Origin: Octopus bimaculoides | Lineage: Eukaryota | NCBI RefSeq assembly: GCF_001194135.2 | Contig: NC_069004.1 | Span: 23,588,749 to 23,642,255, forward strand | Direction of reading: 5' to 3' | DNA: 53,507 nt | Notes under the pieces: generated by a model | The model's database searches: none | What the model saw: the letters and a program-made list of their open reading frames with translations, nothing else | What the model was told of the DNA's origin: nothing | Translations under genes and position numbers: made by a program | Part shown: piece after piece, positions 32,625 to 45,345 of the stretch | Layout: each line of letters starts with the position of its first letter | Position numbering within the stretch: the first letter of the stretch is position 1

Positions 32625-32846
32625 AAAACAATTGCGGTGTGTAAGATGTTTATAAGCCATTTAAGAAACACACAAAAACCGTTAGATTCACTTCAACATA
32701 GCACGGAATTTTGTCAGTGAACAGGTCGCACTCTCAAAGCGACGAAAATATTTTGGCAAATTAAATTTAAATGTTGAAGTGAATCTAACAGTCTTTGGGT
32801 GTTTCTTAAATGACTTATAAACACCTTCCACGCTGCAATTGTTTTC
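32625..32846. mobile_element. MITE with ~75-bp terminal inverted repeats
   Basis: AAAACAATTGCGGTGTGTAAGATGTTTATAAGCCATTTAAGAAACAC...GTTAGATTCACTTCAACA pairs with TGTTGAAGTGAATCTAAC...GTGTTTCTTAAATGACTTATAAACACCTTCCACGCTGCAATTGTTTT. Confidence 0.9.
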
Positions 32847-32896
32847 GTTCCAGCACATGATCTCAGATCAGGTCACTTGCTATGCAAGTACATCTC

Positions 32897-32928
<32 letters not shown>

Positions 32929-35636
32929 NNNNNNNNNNNNNNNNNNNNNNNNNNNNNNNNNNNNNNNNNNNNNNNNNNNNNNNNNNNNNNNNNNNNNNNN
33001 NNNNNNNNNNNNNNNNNNNNNNNNNNNNNNNNNNNNNNNNNNNNNNNNNNNNNNNNNNNNNNNNNNNNNNNNNNNNNNNNNNNNNNNNNNNNNNNNNNNN
33101 NNNNNNNNNNNNNNNNNNNNNNNNNNNNNNNNNNNNNNNNNNNNNNNNNNNNNNNNNNNNNNNNNNNNNNNNNNNNNNNNNNNNNNNNNNNNNNNNNNNN
33201 NNNNNNNNNNNNNNNNNNNNNNNNNNNNNNNNNNNNNNNNNNNNNNNNNNNNNNNNNNNNNNNNNNNNNNNNNNNNNNNNNNNNNNNNNNNNNNNNNNNN
33301 NNNNNNNNNNNNNNNNNNNNNNNNNNNNNNNNNNNNNNNNNNNNNNNNNNNNNNNNNNNNNNNNNNNNNNNNNNNNNNNNNNNNNNNNNNNNNNNNNNNN
33401 NNNNNNNNNNNNNNNNNNNNNNNNNNNNNNNNNNNNNNNNNNNNNNNNNNNNNNNNNNNNNNNATTTGTGATGTGTATATGTATTGTATATATTGTATAT
33501 ATTCTGTGTATGTGTGTTGTATATATCCTGGAGTTGTAGCAGAAACACAAAACCAGCAAATCAATAATTGCAGAAAAACTATAACAAGCGACATGACATT
33601 CTCACATAAAAATACATTAATGATGAATAGGGGGGGGGGAGGGAAAGATTTCTCCATAAAATAATGATTAGGTTTGTTTTAGTCAGGAAATATTTAAAGA
33701 GTAGGTGTGAAGTTCAGTAAGAAAAAGAAAGTATAGAAATAAAGCTATTATAGGTTATTGGAAATAGCCAATAGCCAGTTCAATTATTGTAAAATTTAAA
33801 TTAAGATTTGTGTAAATGGGTGGTGTGTGTCTGCGTGCTGGGGAGTAGCGGATGACTGTAATAAAAGTTTATTGAGCTTTGAGACATAAGGAAGTTATTT
33901 ATTTGGGAAAGATGAAAAAAATTGCATGAATGGTCAAGTAGCTATATATATATACATATAAATACATACTTACATACATAATTCACACACACACACACAC
34001 ACACACACGTAATGTAAACTTATGAGTGTGTGTGTGTGGGGGGGTTACGTTGTTTTAAGTGGGTTTGTGGGTTCAGTTATGTATTTAGGCTCTCTGGTGT
34101 GCATGTGCATGTGTAGCTGTGTAAATGATAGTGTATATAAGTGTGTATTTATATATGTGTATTCATATATGTGTATTCATTTATGTGTGTCATATTTGTG
34201 CATCTGCCCATCCGTGCATGCTCATATATATATGTGTGTGCACATACAGATATGTGTTACATTTGAAGACTGTATGTATAACATGTATAATAGAAAAAGG
34301 CCACATGACTGCTTGGTATGAAGTCACTCACAAACACTCCCACTGTGGGCCCACAGCCAGAGCTCTTTCTGCTTCTTGCCCTTCCCACCACTATCCCATA
34401 TGTCTTCTACATTTCTGCTACTATTCACACTCCTTACTGACTACTGGCCCAGTCCTTTCTCCCCACAATGCCAGCCAGCTTCAGTTCCATCCCTGCACAT
34501 TTGTTTGGTGCAGGCACATGGTAAAATGGTTAGGGCGTTGCAGTCATGATTGCAAGATCATGGTTTTGATACCCAGATTGGGTGGCATGTTTGTATTCTT
34601 GAATTAAACATTCCATTTCATGTTGCTCCAGTCCACTTGGCTGTAAATGAGGAATCCACTGAAGGCATTTGGCTTACAATTGTAAGGATGTGAGTTTGAT
34701 TCCTGGTGGTGCGTTGTTCTCTTGAGCAAGGCATTTTATTTCACATTGCTCCAGTGCAGTCAGCTGATAAGAATGAGTTGTACCCATATTTGAAAGGGCC
34801 AGCCTTGTTACATTCTGTGTCATGCTGAATCTGCCTGAAAGAGACCGATAGAATAAGTACTAGGCTTACAAAGAATTTGGGGTCAATTTGCTTGACTTAG
34901 GGCGGTGCTCCAGCATGACCACAATCAAGTGACAAACCAGTAAAAGAGTAAAAGAATATACACATACATACATACATACATACATATACATACACATACA
35001 TATATATATATNNNNNNNNNNNNNNNNNNNNNNNNNNNNNNNNNNNNNNNNNNNNNNNNNNNNNNNNNNNNNNNNNNNNNNNNNNNNNNNNNNNNNNNNN
35101 NNNNNNNNNNNCACACACACACATATATATATATATACATACATACACACACATATATATAAATATATCGATACATATATATACACACACACATACATAT
35201 ATATGCACACGCACACACATGTGCATGTGCACAATAGCCACCGTCTACATAAGTAAATATACATAAATTCATTATAAACTTATTACACAAATTTCTAAGA
35301 CACATTGATGTATGTTTAGGGTCAATAATGAGCAAACGGCTGTCTAAACTCTATTCAATCTAATATTACATAACGTCATATGTATACATGTGTGTGTGTG
35401 TGCTCATTTGTGTGTGCGTGTTTGGTGTACAGGCAAATATATGCATATACAAGTGTGTGGTTCAACATCCATACACACAGGCAGATATCTATTTTTGTGT
35501 CTCTTCACACACACACACGTATGAACAAAAGGAAAAGGTAGTATTCAATACATTTGGTTAAAGTTAAATTTTTTACTACGTTTGACTCAGCTCCACTTGA
35601 TTTTGCCCTTTCGCATTTGATGCACCTTTCTGTCTT

Positions 35637-35916
35637 TAAACCATCAGCATTTAAGCCAACCACATCTGGCCAATATATTCTATTTGTTTTATGTTCAACT
35701 GTCAAAATCTGGCCTCTCACACTTACCCTACAATGGCATTCTATAAATAAACAATAGGCGCAGGCGTGGCTGTGTGGTAAGAAGCTTGCTTCCCACCCAC
35801 ATGGTTCCATGTTCATTCCCGATGCGTGGCACCTTGGGTAAGTGTCTTCTACTGTACCCTTGCGCCAACCAAAGCCTTCTGAGTGGATTTGACAGACAGA
35901 AACTGAAAGAAGCTCA

Positions 35917-35954
<38 letters not shown>

Positions 35955-36170
35955 ATGTGTGCGTGTCTGTCTGTCTGTGTTTACGTCCCTGTCACTTAGC
36001 AGTTCGGCAAAAGAGAACGACAGAATAAGTACTAGGCTTACAAAAAATAAGTCCTGGGGTCGCTTTGTTGTACTAAAGGCGATGCTCCAGCATGGCCCCA
36101 GTCAAATGACTGAAACGAGAAAAAGAATAAAAGAATACCACATCATCAAAATTTTGAAGTTTCAAGATAA
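35637..36170 (+). mobile_element. piggyBac-type MITE interrupted by a SINE A (35757-36135)
   Basis: The MITE body breaks at ...ATAAATAAACAAT and resumes ACCACATCATCAAAATT after a full family A copy. Confidence 0.8.
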
Positions 36171-36914
36171 CTCTTGATTCATACATCACAGAGCTATGTA
36201 GAGGTAGGTAGGTACAAACATAAGCATGTATGAATGTAGGCTATGTATGGCATGTATGTATGGGCAGGTATGGACACATGTATGGGGTAGCATCAAGAAG
36301 TTCCTGGACTAGTTATGTTAAATAAAAGATAACTTAGTTACCTAAGTTTTTACATCATCTCCTTTGCAACCATGTGCTGCCAGGTTCAGTCCCACAGTGC
36401 CACCTATGACAAGTATCTCCTATTATAGCCTTAGGCCGACCAAGTGAGTAAAATTGGTAAATGAAAACTGTGTGGAATCCCATTGTGTGTGTGTGAGTGA
36501 GGGTACATGTCTTAGTGGTTCGGGGGTTGCACACATGATTGCAAAATCGTGGTTTTCAATTGCAGACCAGGTGGTGCATTGTCTGCATTGTGCTTCTGAG
36601 CAAAACACTTCATCTCATGTTGTTCTGAATCACTTTAACACCTGACATGTGGTACACCATGCACCTGCTCAGGTAACATCAATTTGATGGAAAGAGTGAG
36701 CTAATGTGCAATATAAACATTTGATCACTATAAACAAATCATCCGTGCAGGTTCTTCAGTAAGAAATCACAGAACCATCTTTCTCAGACCACAAGAGACT
36801 CCCATACATACATACATACATTACATTACATTACATACATACATACATGCCCTCTCCCCTCTTGGAAGTTTTTTTTTTTTCGTTGGCTTGCAAGTACTTG
36901 GTGACCCTGTCAGT

Positions 36915-37195
36915 GCAGGTGCCACTTAAAAAGCATCCAGTCCACATTGTGGAGTGGTTGGTGTTCCAAAGGGCATCCAGCTGTAAAAACCTTGCCAAAA
37001 CTGACTTCAGCTGCACTTGTGCCACATAAAAAGCACTAACTCCACTCTGCTGAGCGGTTGGTGTTAAGAAGGGCATCCAGCTGTAAAAATCCTGCCAAAA
37101 CAGTTACAGAGGTCTGGTGCAGGTTTCTGCTTAGCCAGCTCTTGTGAAACCATCCCACCCATGCTAGCATGGAAGGCAGAAGTTAAACAATGATA
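36915..37195 (+). mobile_element. SINE family C 3' region (partly duplicated)
   Basis: AAGGGCATCCAGCTGTAAAAA occurs twice; tail CCCATGCTAGCATGGAAGGCAGAAGTTAAAC. Confidence 0.8.
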
Positions 37196-37272
37196 ATATA
37201 TATATTTATTTATTTACATATATATATGTATATACATACATATATATATAGGTATGTGTGTATGTATGTATG

Positions 37273-37303
<31 letters not shown>

Positions 37304-38153
37304 NNNNNNNNNNNNNNNNNNNNNNNNNNNNNNNNNNNNNNNNNNNNNNNNNNNNNNNNNNNNNNNNNNNNNNNNNNNNNNNNNNNNNNNNNNNNNNNNN
37401 NNNNNNNNNNNNNNNNNNNNNNNNNNNNNNNNNNNNNNNNNNNNNNNNNNNNNNNNNNNNNNNNNNNNNNNNNNNNNNNNNNNNNNNNNNNNNNNNNNNN
37501 NNNNNNNNNNNNNNNNNNNNNNNNNNNNNNNNNNNNNNNNNNNNNNNNNNNNNNNNNNNNNNNNNNNNNNNNNNNNNNNNNNNNNNNNNNNNNNNNNNNN
37601 NNNNNNNNNNNNNNNNNNNNNNNNNNNNNNNNNNNNNNNNNNNNNNNNNNNNNNNNNNNNNNNNNNNNNNNNNNNNNNNNNNNNNNNNNNNNNNNNNNNN
37701 NNNNNNNNNNNNNNNNNNNNNNNNNNNNNNNNNNNNNNNNNNNNNNNNNNNNNNNNNNNNNNNNNNNNNNNNNNNNNNNNNNNNNNNNNNNNNNNNNNNN
37801 NNNNNNNNNNNNNNNNNNNNNNNNNNNNNNNNNNNNNNNNNNNNNNNNNNNNNNNNNNNNNNNNNNNNNNNNNNNNNNNNNNNNNNNNNNNNNNNNNNNN
37901 NNNNNNNNNNNNNNNNNNNNNNNNNNNNNNNNNNNNNNNNNNNNNNNNNNNNNNNNNNNNNNNNNNNNNNNNNNNNNNNNNNNNNNNNNNNNNNNNNNNN
38001 NNNNNNNNNNNNNNNNNNNNNNNNNNNNNNNNNNNNNNNNNNNNNNNNNNNNNNNNNNNNNNNNNNNNNNNNNNNNNNNNNNNNNNNNNNNNNNNNNNNN
38101 NNNNNNTATATATATATATGTATAGCGTGAGAGAGTTAGGGGTTGGGGGTTCA

Positions 38154-38202
<49 letters not shown>

Positions 38203-38209
38203 TATATAT

Positions 38210-38268
<59 letters not shown>

Positions 38269-39365
38269 TAGATATATATACACATATATACACACGCACA
38301 TCATACGAACACACACACACAAATGTGTGAATGTGTGTTTTCATGTTTCTGTTTGTCTCATACCTATACACACCAACACTTGAAAAATGGTGTTGGTTTG
38401 TTTATGCTCCAATAACTGAGCAGTTCAGCAAAAAATAAAGGATTCGGGTCAATTTATTCGACTAAACCCTTCAGTACAGTGCCCCATCATGACTGCAGTC
38501 CAATGACTAAAACAAGTGAAAGATAAAAGATAGTTTGTTTATGTTGTTTTTTTTTAATTAATGCAAATATGTAATTGAATTTATGCAGATACACAGACAA
38601 ATCAAAACATTTTCTGTATGTTCTGAATATTTGGGCTTATATGCATGAATATGCTTGCATACATGCTTGTGATAAGTCAATATATATATATATATTTCTT
38701 TTGAAGAAGAAGTGACTGCAGGTCACTGAAAACCTAAAATAAAGCCTATATTGTTATATGGTAAACACATGATAAATATTGAGAATAAGATATTGATTAT
38801 TTAATTATTAGGAAAACAATAGTTAAAACAACAAAGATGAGCCTTGTAAGCATCAATATTTATATAAGTAGATGCAGGAGTGTATACGTATCTGAGTGTG
38901 CAGATATATAAGAATGTCAACACAAATTCATGGAAAGGCAAATAGACAGACAGACAGATAGGTAGGCTTGCATATATATTCTTTAAGTTATTTCAGTCAT
39001 TTCATTGCACCCATGCTGGAGCACCACCTTTAGTCAAACTAATCAAGCCCAGGCCTTATTCTTTGTAAGCCTAGTACTTATTCTATTGGTCTCTTTTGCT
39101 GAACTGTTAGGTGACGGAGATGTAAACACACAAACATCGGTTGTCAAGCAGACAAACACAGACACAAATAACAAACACACACAGACATATATATGTATAC
39201 ATATATATATATATATATAGATATATACACATATATTGTTGTTTATAGTTTCAGCTCAGAGCTGCGGCCATGCTAATGCACCTTTTTATTCTCAAATGTG
39301 TGATAATGCTAATAAATAGCATGATCAGGATAAATTATCCATACATTGCAGAAAAATACGTTACA

Positions 39366-39438
39366 GGCCAGCCATGAGTCTCGAACTCACATCCTTGTAA
39401 TTACGCGTCAAGTGCTTTACCATTAAGGTAAACTGCCC
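39366..39438 (-). other. tRNA-like head / tRNA-derived sequence
   Basis: GGGCAGTTTACCTTAATGGTAAAGCACTTGACGCGTAATTACAAGGATGTGAGTTCGAGACTCATGGCTGGCC with A-box-like and B-box (GAGTTCGAGAC) motifs; cloverleaf imperfect. Confidence 0.55.
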
Positions 39439-39441
39439 AGT

Positions 39442-39491
<50 letters not shown>

Positions 39492-40174
39492 CATATATAT
39501 ANNNNNNNNNNNNNNNNNNNNNNNNNNNNNNNNNNNNNNNNNNNNNNNNNNNNNNNNNNNNNNNNNNNNNNNNNNNNNNNNNNNNNNNNNNNNNNNNNNN
39601 NNNNNNNNNNNNNNNNNNNNNNNNNNNNNNNNNNNNNNNNNNNNNNNNNNNNNNNNNNNNNNNNNNNNNNNNNNNNNNNNNNNNNNNNNNNNNNNNNNNN
39701 NNNNNNNNNNNNNNNNNNNNNNNNNNNNNNNNNNNNNNNNNNNNNNNNNNNNNNNNNNNNNNNNNNNNNNNNNNNNNNNNNNNNNNNNNNNNNNNNNNNN
39801 NNNNNNNNNNNNNNNNNNNNNNNNNNNNNNNNNNNNNNNNNNNNNNNNNNNNNNNNNNNNNNNNNNNNNNNNNNNNNNNNNNNNNNNNNNNNNNNNNNNN
39901 NNNNNNNNNNNNNNNNNNNNNNNNNNNNNNNNNNNNNNNNNNNNNNNNNNNNNNNNNNNNNNNNNNNNNNNNNNNNNNNNNNNNNNNNNNNNNNNNNNNN
40001 NNNNNNNNNNNNNNNNNNNNNNNNNNNNNNNNNNNNNNNNNNNNNNNNNNNNNNNNNNNNNNNNNNNNNNNNNNNNNNNNNNNNNNNNNNTATATATATA
40101 TATATACATTGCAAACAAACGTAGACGAGAACACACGAGCCACATAGAGAACATTCTACTTCATCAGCTACCCA

Positions 40175-40226
40175 CGTTTTAACACCGGCGTTTCGATGAG
40201 CTTGGGCAGGACGCATCGTTAAAACG
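40175..40226 (-). ncRNA. Disabled hammerhead-like motif in a CpG-rich young element (40091-40480)
   Basis: CGTTTTAA-CGATG-CGTCCTGCCCAAGCT-CATC-GAAAC-GCCG-GTG-TTAAAACG. Perfect 8-bp helix I, GAAAC and helix III are present; the CUGA part of the core is missing and the triplet is GUG. Confidence 0.5.
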
Positions 40227-40753
40227 GCTCGTCCCATGGATCGCAGATTAATTTTGTATACGCAAATTAAATCTAGCCATGGATGAATGTAGTGGCGGAC
40301 AAAAACAAGACAGGAAAACAAACAGAAAAGGCTTTACGGCCAGACGAGAAAAATTATGTGTGTATGAATGCGATGAGGCACGAATCCGAGAGAGACAAAG
40401 TGGTGCGTGCCTTGCTTGGCGAAAGTCAAGGAAGGAAAGGATTATTGACCGGAAGCATGTGACCATGCCGGTAGAGAGAGTGGTAGAGGGAGAAACAAAG
40501 GGAGGAAGTAGAAGAATAGGTGAGCAACAGGGNNNNNNNNNNGAGAGTGGTAGAGGGAGAAACAAAGGGAGGAAGTAGAAGAATAGGTGAGCAACAGGGG
40601 AAAAGAGAAAGAGAGGAAATACGAGGGGGAAAAAAGAGGTACGTAATAGTAACAGAGGAAGAATGAGAGAGGTAAAGCGAGATACGTAGTAGTAAAGGGG
40701 AAGAACGAGAGGGGGAACAAAGAAAGAGAAAGAGATATATGTATATGTATATA

Positions 40754-40832
<79 letters not shown>

Positions 40833-40859
40833 ATATATGTATATATATGTATATATGTA

Positions 40860-40900
<41 letters not shown>

Positions 40901-41024
40901 AATCCCAACCACTTTACTGAGGGCAGCAGCTCTATAGGTGTTGCCTTGCTGTTGGCAAGCACTCTCACTCTATCTTTCTCTCTCAGCATATACACACACT
41001 CACACACACATATATATATTACCT

Positions 41025-41700
41025 TTTACTTGTTTCAGTCATTTGACTGTGGCCATGCTGGAGCAGCCTCTTGAATAGTTTTAGTTGAATAAATCAACCC
41101 CAGGACTAATTTTTTTCTTAAGCTTAGGACTTCTTCTATTGGTCTCTTTTGACAAGCTGCTAAGTTACAGGGAACACAAACACAGCAATACAAGTTGTCA
41201 AGTGGTGGTGGGAGGAGGAACAAACACAGTCACAAAGACACACACACATAGATATATACATATATATATATATATATATGATGGGCTTCTTTCAGTTTCC
41301 ATCTACCAAATCCACTCACAAGGCTTTGGTCAGCCTGAGGCTATAGTAGAAGACACTTGCCCATGGTCTACTAGTGCTAATATTTCGGTGATATATATAT
41401 ATATGTAAAACAAACAATAGAAATGGTAAACGGAATAGATGAGAAACTTTATTGCTCACAACAATCGTTTCAACATATCCTGCATCAATCCTTTGCAGGT
41501 TGGAAACTACACAACTAGTTGTGGTACATCCCTCAGTGCTGAAGGGTCTTGTCAGGTGACGTAATAGGGAATCTCTCATTAAATGAACTCTGTTTCACTC
41601 AGATTTAATACAGCTCAACACCGCATTAGTGGATTAATATTCTGAACCCGGAACCATGTGGTTGGTAAGCAAGCTACTTATCACACAGCCACTCCTGTGC
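41025..41700 (-). mobile_element. SINE family A split by a ~270-bp insert (41369-41640) carrying a PLE-type tail
   Basis: The family A body stops at GAAGACACTTGCCCATGG and resumes CTGAACCCGGAACCATG. The insert (minus) contains TTGATGC-AGGATATGTT-GAAACGAT...AATAAAG, a decayed hammerhead-like motif at 41464-41488. Confidence 0.75.
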
Positions 41701-41708
41701 CTATACAT

Positions 41709-41742
<34 letters not shown>

Positions 41743-41865
41743 CTATAATACAAGTGAAGGCGAGTGTCAGTGTGTCAGTGTGTCACACTTTTTCAACTTT
41801 ACTCCTTCAACCCCCTCTCTCACTATTCAATGATACTTCTACTATTCCTCATCTTTTACCCCCTC

Positions 41866-42165
41866 CGTCACTATTCAATCCCCATATACTGCATTAATAT
41901 TCCTCGCACTTTCCCTCGCATTGTTGCCTTTATTGAACTCATAAAGCAAAATATGCCAAATATTCTCCTTTGTCACTTCATTATAACTTTGAAAAAAATA
42001 ACTATTAAAATCAAACTGCACTCTTCAAAATGTGCACTAAGAGTAAGGACAAGGTAAAATGACTACCTTCTTTTATAGCAAGTTGATGCAAGTAGTTTAT
42101 CCCATCCCCCTCCGACTTTTGGTTCATGCAATTGAAAAAACTGCATTATTTATGGGATGACCTAA
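41866..42165 (-). mobile_element. mariner transposon 5' part (TIR + transposase N-terminus)
   Basis: TA|TTAGGTCATCCCATAAATAATGCAGTTTTTT TIR (same family as 19710) and EVTKENIWHILLYEFNKGNNARESARNINAVYGD, the mariner N-terminal HTH region. Confidence 0.88.
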
Positions 42166-42500
42166 TATATATGCGTGTGTATATATGTACATATAGGTAT
42201 ATGTAATAAATGCAGAAATACATACATGTGTATACCTCCTCACAAACACTCTTTCATAACACCTTCCTAAAACACACACACCAACATCCCACACTCCTAC
42301 TAACCTTCACCACTACACTTCCACACTCATAGTCTTTTCACACACCACCCTAAAATACACATCCACCACTTTTCCTCTTCCCCACTTATGCCTGCTTCGG
42401 GGCATTGATGCACTCTTACACTCACATCTAAACGCCTGCCCCATCCTTCTTAACTCACCTCCATAAAACAGCATTTATACTTCATTTTTAAACCTTCCTC

Positions 42501-42544
<44 letters not shown>

Positions 42545-42573
42545 CTCTCTCTATCTATCCATATTTCTTTTTT

Positions 42574-42612
42574 TTCTTCTGATGAAGGCCTACTGTCTGA
42601 AACATTGATGCT
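42574..42612 (+). ncRNA. Degenerate hammerhead-like motif
   Basis: CTT-CTGATGA-AGGCCTACTGTCT-GAAAC-ATT-GATG, following a pyrimidine tract; consistent with CpG decay of CCGAAACG. Confidence 0.55.
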
Positions 42613-42725
42613 TTCTCTTTACATTAATGCAATCAGTAAGCTAATTAATATCTTATTTGTTAAACCATTTCCTTTTTGTGTCATCTTTATTGTTTACTGT
42701 AATAACACTATTATATATATCTATA

Positions 42726-43682
42726 TCTATACTATATATAAAACAGAGATGTGTGTGTAATCGCTTTTCACGTGAAATCGACTTCACCAAATGCTTCCAT
42801 ACTTGTGATGCGAGAATAATTTGACCTCGGATAAATCTTAGGCTCTTCATTTGATTTTTTTAATTAAAAATATATAATATTGCTTTATATTTAAGATTCA
42901 CTTCTTTAAAAAGGTTCCTCAATGTCAACTTCCGGTATTGACGTAACAACAGCAAAAAAGCTTCACTCTCTATTTTGTGTGTGAGTGTGTGTGTGAGTGT
43001 GTATGAGAAAGAGAGAGAGAGTAAATACTACATACACACCGCTCTATCNNNNNNNNNNNNNNNNNNNNNNNNNNNNNNNNNNNNNNNNNNNNNNNNNNNN
43101 NNNNNNNNNNNNNNNNNNNNNNNNNNNNNNNNNNNNNNNNNNNNNNNNNNNNNNNNNNNNNNNNNNNNNNNNNNNNNNNNNNNNNNNNNNNNNNNNNNNN
43201 NNNNNNNNNNNNNNNNNNNNNNNNNNNNNNNNNNNNNNNNNNNNNNNNNNNNNNNNNNNNNNNNNNNNNNNNNNNNNNNNNNNNNNNNNNNNNNNNNNNN
43301 NNNNNNNNNNNNNNNNNNNNNNNNNNNNNNNNNNNNNNNNNNNNNNNNNNNNNNNNNNNNNNNNNNNNNNNNNNNNNNNNNNNNNNNNNNNNNNNNNNNN
43401 NNNNNNNNNNNNNNNNNNNNNNNNNNNNNNNNNNNNNNNNNNNNNNNNNNNNNNNNNTTTCATTTAATGCCCATTTTAATTTTCGTAAAAGTTTCCAAGT
43501 ACCAATGAGGCTTTTTGGCACATCTTCAATTTTCCCCATTCATGAGAGGCGCGCAGCCATCATTCATCTGAGAGTCCATCTACAGAATGTCCTCAAATTT
43601 CTATACAGCATATTTTGCCTTTTTTTCTTCAAGTATATAAGCAACAATTTCATTCCCGAGCAACGCCGGGTGCCTCTGCTAG
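42726..43682 (+). mobile_element. Non-autonomous Helitron with RepHel remnant
   Basis: A|TCTATACTATATATAAAAC 5' end; CCCG-AGCAACGC-CGGG hairpin then CTAG|T 3' end. Internal STNEAFWHIFNFP + IHERRAAIIHLRVHLQN matches Helitron S.NEA.WRIF.FPIHER.P.V.HL.VHLEN. An N-gap lies inside. Confidence 0.88.
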
Positions 43683-43716
<34 letters not shown>

Positions 43717-44269
43717 TACACACACATTCTTTTACTTGTTTCAGTCATTTGACTGTGGCCATGCTAGAGCACCGCCTTTAGTCGAGCAAGTCAACCCCAG
43801 GACAAAAAAATACTAAATTTCAAACAATTTTATGGTCAAATATGATTAGAGCAATTCCAAACCATAAAAATCACACTTTAAAATAGTGTTTATCGACAGT
43901 CACATAATTTTCCTTCAAGCTTCGAACAGGAGTTTAGATTATGTACCAGCTACCACAAATAATTGTTTGTATGAAAAGTAAGGCCCTACATACATCAATT
44001 TGTCTTTAAATTAAGTGGTAGTAGAAGAATTATCATTGATCTTTTAAAAGGTAAGTTTATTGCTGCTTCTGGCCAGCTATATGTTGGTTGTTCAAGGGTA
44101 GGGAATGGAAACAAGCTGTTTGTACTGACCCCGAATGGGAAAACAACAAATGTTGTTTATCATGCAGTTTTGCAATAAGTTCCAAGGCGACAAATTATAT
44201 CATTGTTTTGATGAAAATTGTTCATTGCTTGAAAAATATTGGTCAAGATTAATAAAATTTCTTATGTAC

Positions 44270-44977
44270 TCAATGCATAAGAAATTTAGTCTGACGGTGG
44301 CAGGCAGTGAAAACAGGCCCTTGAGCAGGATGACAGCAATGAAGGTTGTTGGTGGCCAGTTGACATCGTACTGTGTTGTCACTGATGGGTTGCTGTCCAG
44401 TGCCAATGGTCTCATGAACTGTTATACACGCTGGTCTGAAGCAATCACAGAGGTGTTGCAAGTGGATGAAGCACTCCTGCCAGAGCTTGATCAGCCAGGG
44501 GCACCCTCTGCAGTCACAGTCTGCAGTGCTGTTGGTGTTGTTGTATCGCTGTTGCAGGCGATTGATGGTGCTGACATGGACATTGTAAGCTTTCACAACA
44601 ACCAGGGCACACACTGCCCTGCTTGCAATTGGTCGATAGCTTCTTCTCTTTGTGCTGCTGACAATCAGGTCATACTTGATGTGTCCAAATCACAAATGCC
44701 AGGAATGTGATTCAAGTTGGCTTTTATATCTATAACCTCCAAGTGCATTTTGGTTTTCATGATAATTGTTTGCGAATGCCACCCACAGCTTTCAACGCAG
44801 CCACGTTTTGGCATCTCGTTTCAGGGAAAGTTGAGAGGTTACCTGCAATTTGGGTCTCAGCCATAAACCAGCATGTCTTGGAATATTTACAATTACATCC
44901 TCGAAATAAATTTTCAGAATTTACGATATAAAAATGGCATTTGAAAAAAATCACGTTTCTTTTGCGATTTCAGTGTA
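44270..44977 (-). mobile_element. Tc1-family transposon 5' part with decayed transposase
   Basis: Terminus TA|CACTGAAATCGCAAAAGAAACG; ATG at 44673, MT*LSAAQREEAIDQLQAG..., AYNVHVSTINRLQQRY...ISDNTVR.., the Tc1 paired-like HTH region. Confidence 0.85.
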
Positions 44978-45112
44978 TTCCTTAGCCAAATAAAGGTTAC
45001 ATAGCAACTTTGTTCAAGGTTCTTGGCCATGTGGGTAAGCAAAGCTACATCATAAATGCTACATCGACGGACATTAGGACCCTTATCCATCAGAAACACA
45101 TGTTGGGTTGAA

Positions 45113-45345
45113 GGCGGTAAGCTGGCAGAAACATTAGCATGTCGGGTGAAATGATTATCGGTATTTCATCTGCCATTACGTTCTGAGTTCAAATTTCACC
45201 GAGGTCGATTTTGCCTTTCATTCTTTCAGGGTCGATAAATTAAGTACCAGTTGCGTACTGAGGTCGATGTAATCGACTTAATCCCTTTGTCTGTCCTCAT
45301 TTGTCCCCTATATGTTTAGCCCCTTGTGGGCAGTAAAGAAATAAG
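45113..45345 (+). mobile_element. SINE family B with third tail variant
   Basis: Family B head and core followed by AATCCCTTTGTCTGTCC...TTTAGCCCCTTGTGGGCAGTAAAGAAATAAG; the same variant occurs at 49550-49780 (-). Confidence 0.88.

Noticed and set aside
40478-40600. ~55-bp exact direct repeat either side of a 10-N gap
   Set aside because: Most likely an unmerged contig overlap (assembly artefact).
44135-44710. 191-aa plus-strand ORF
   Set aside because: Antisense of the decayed Tc1 transposase.
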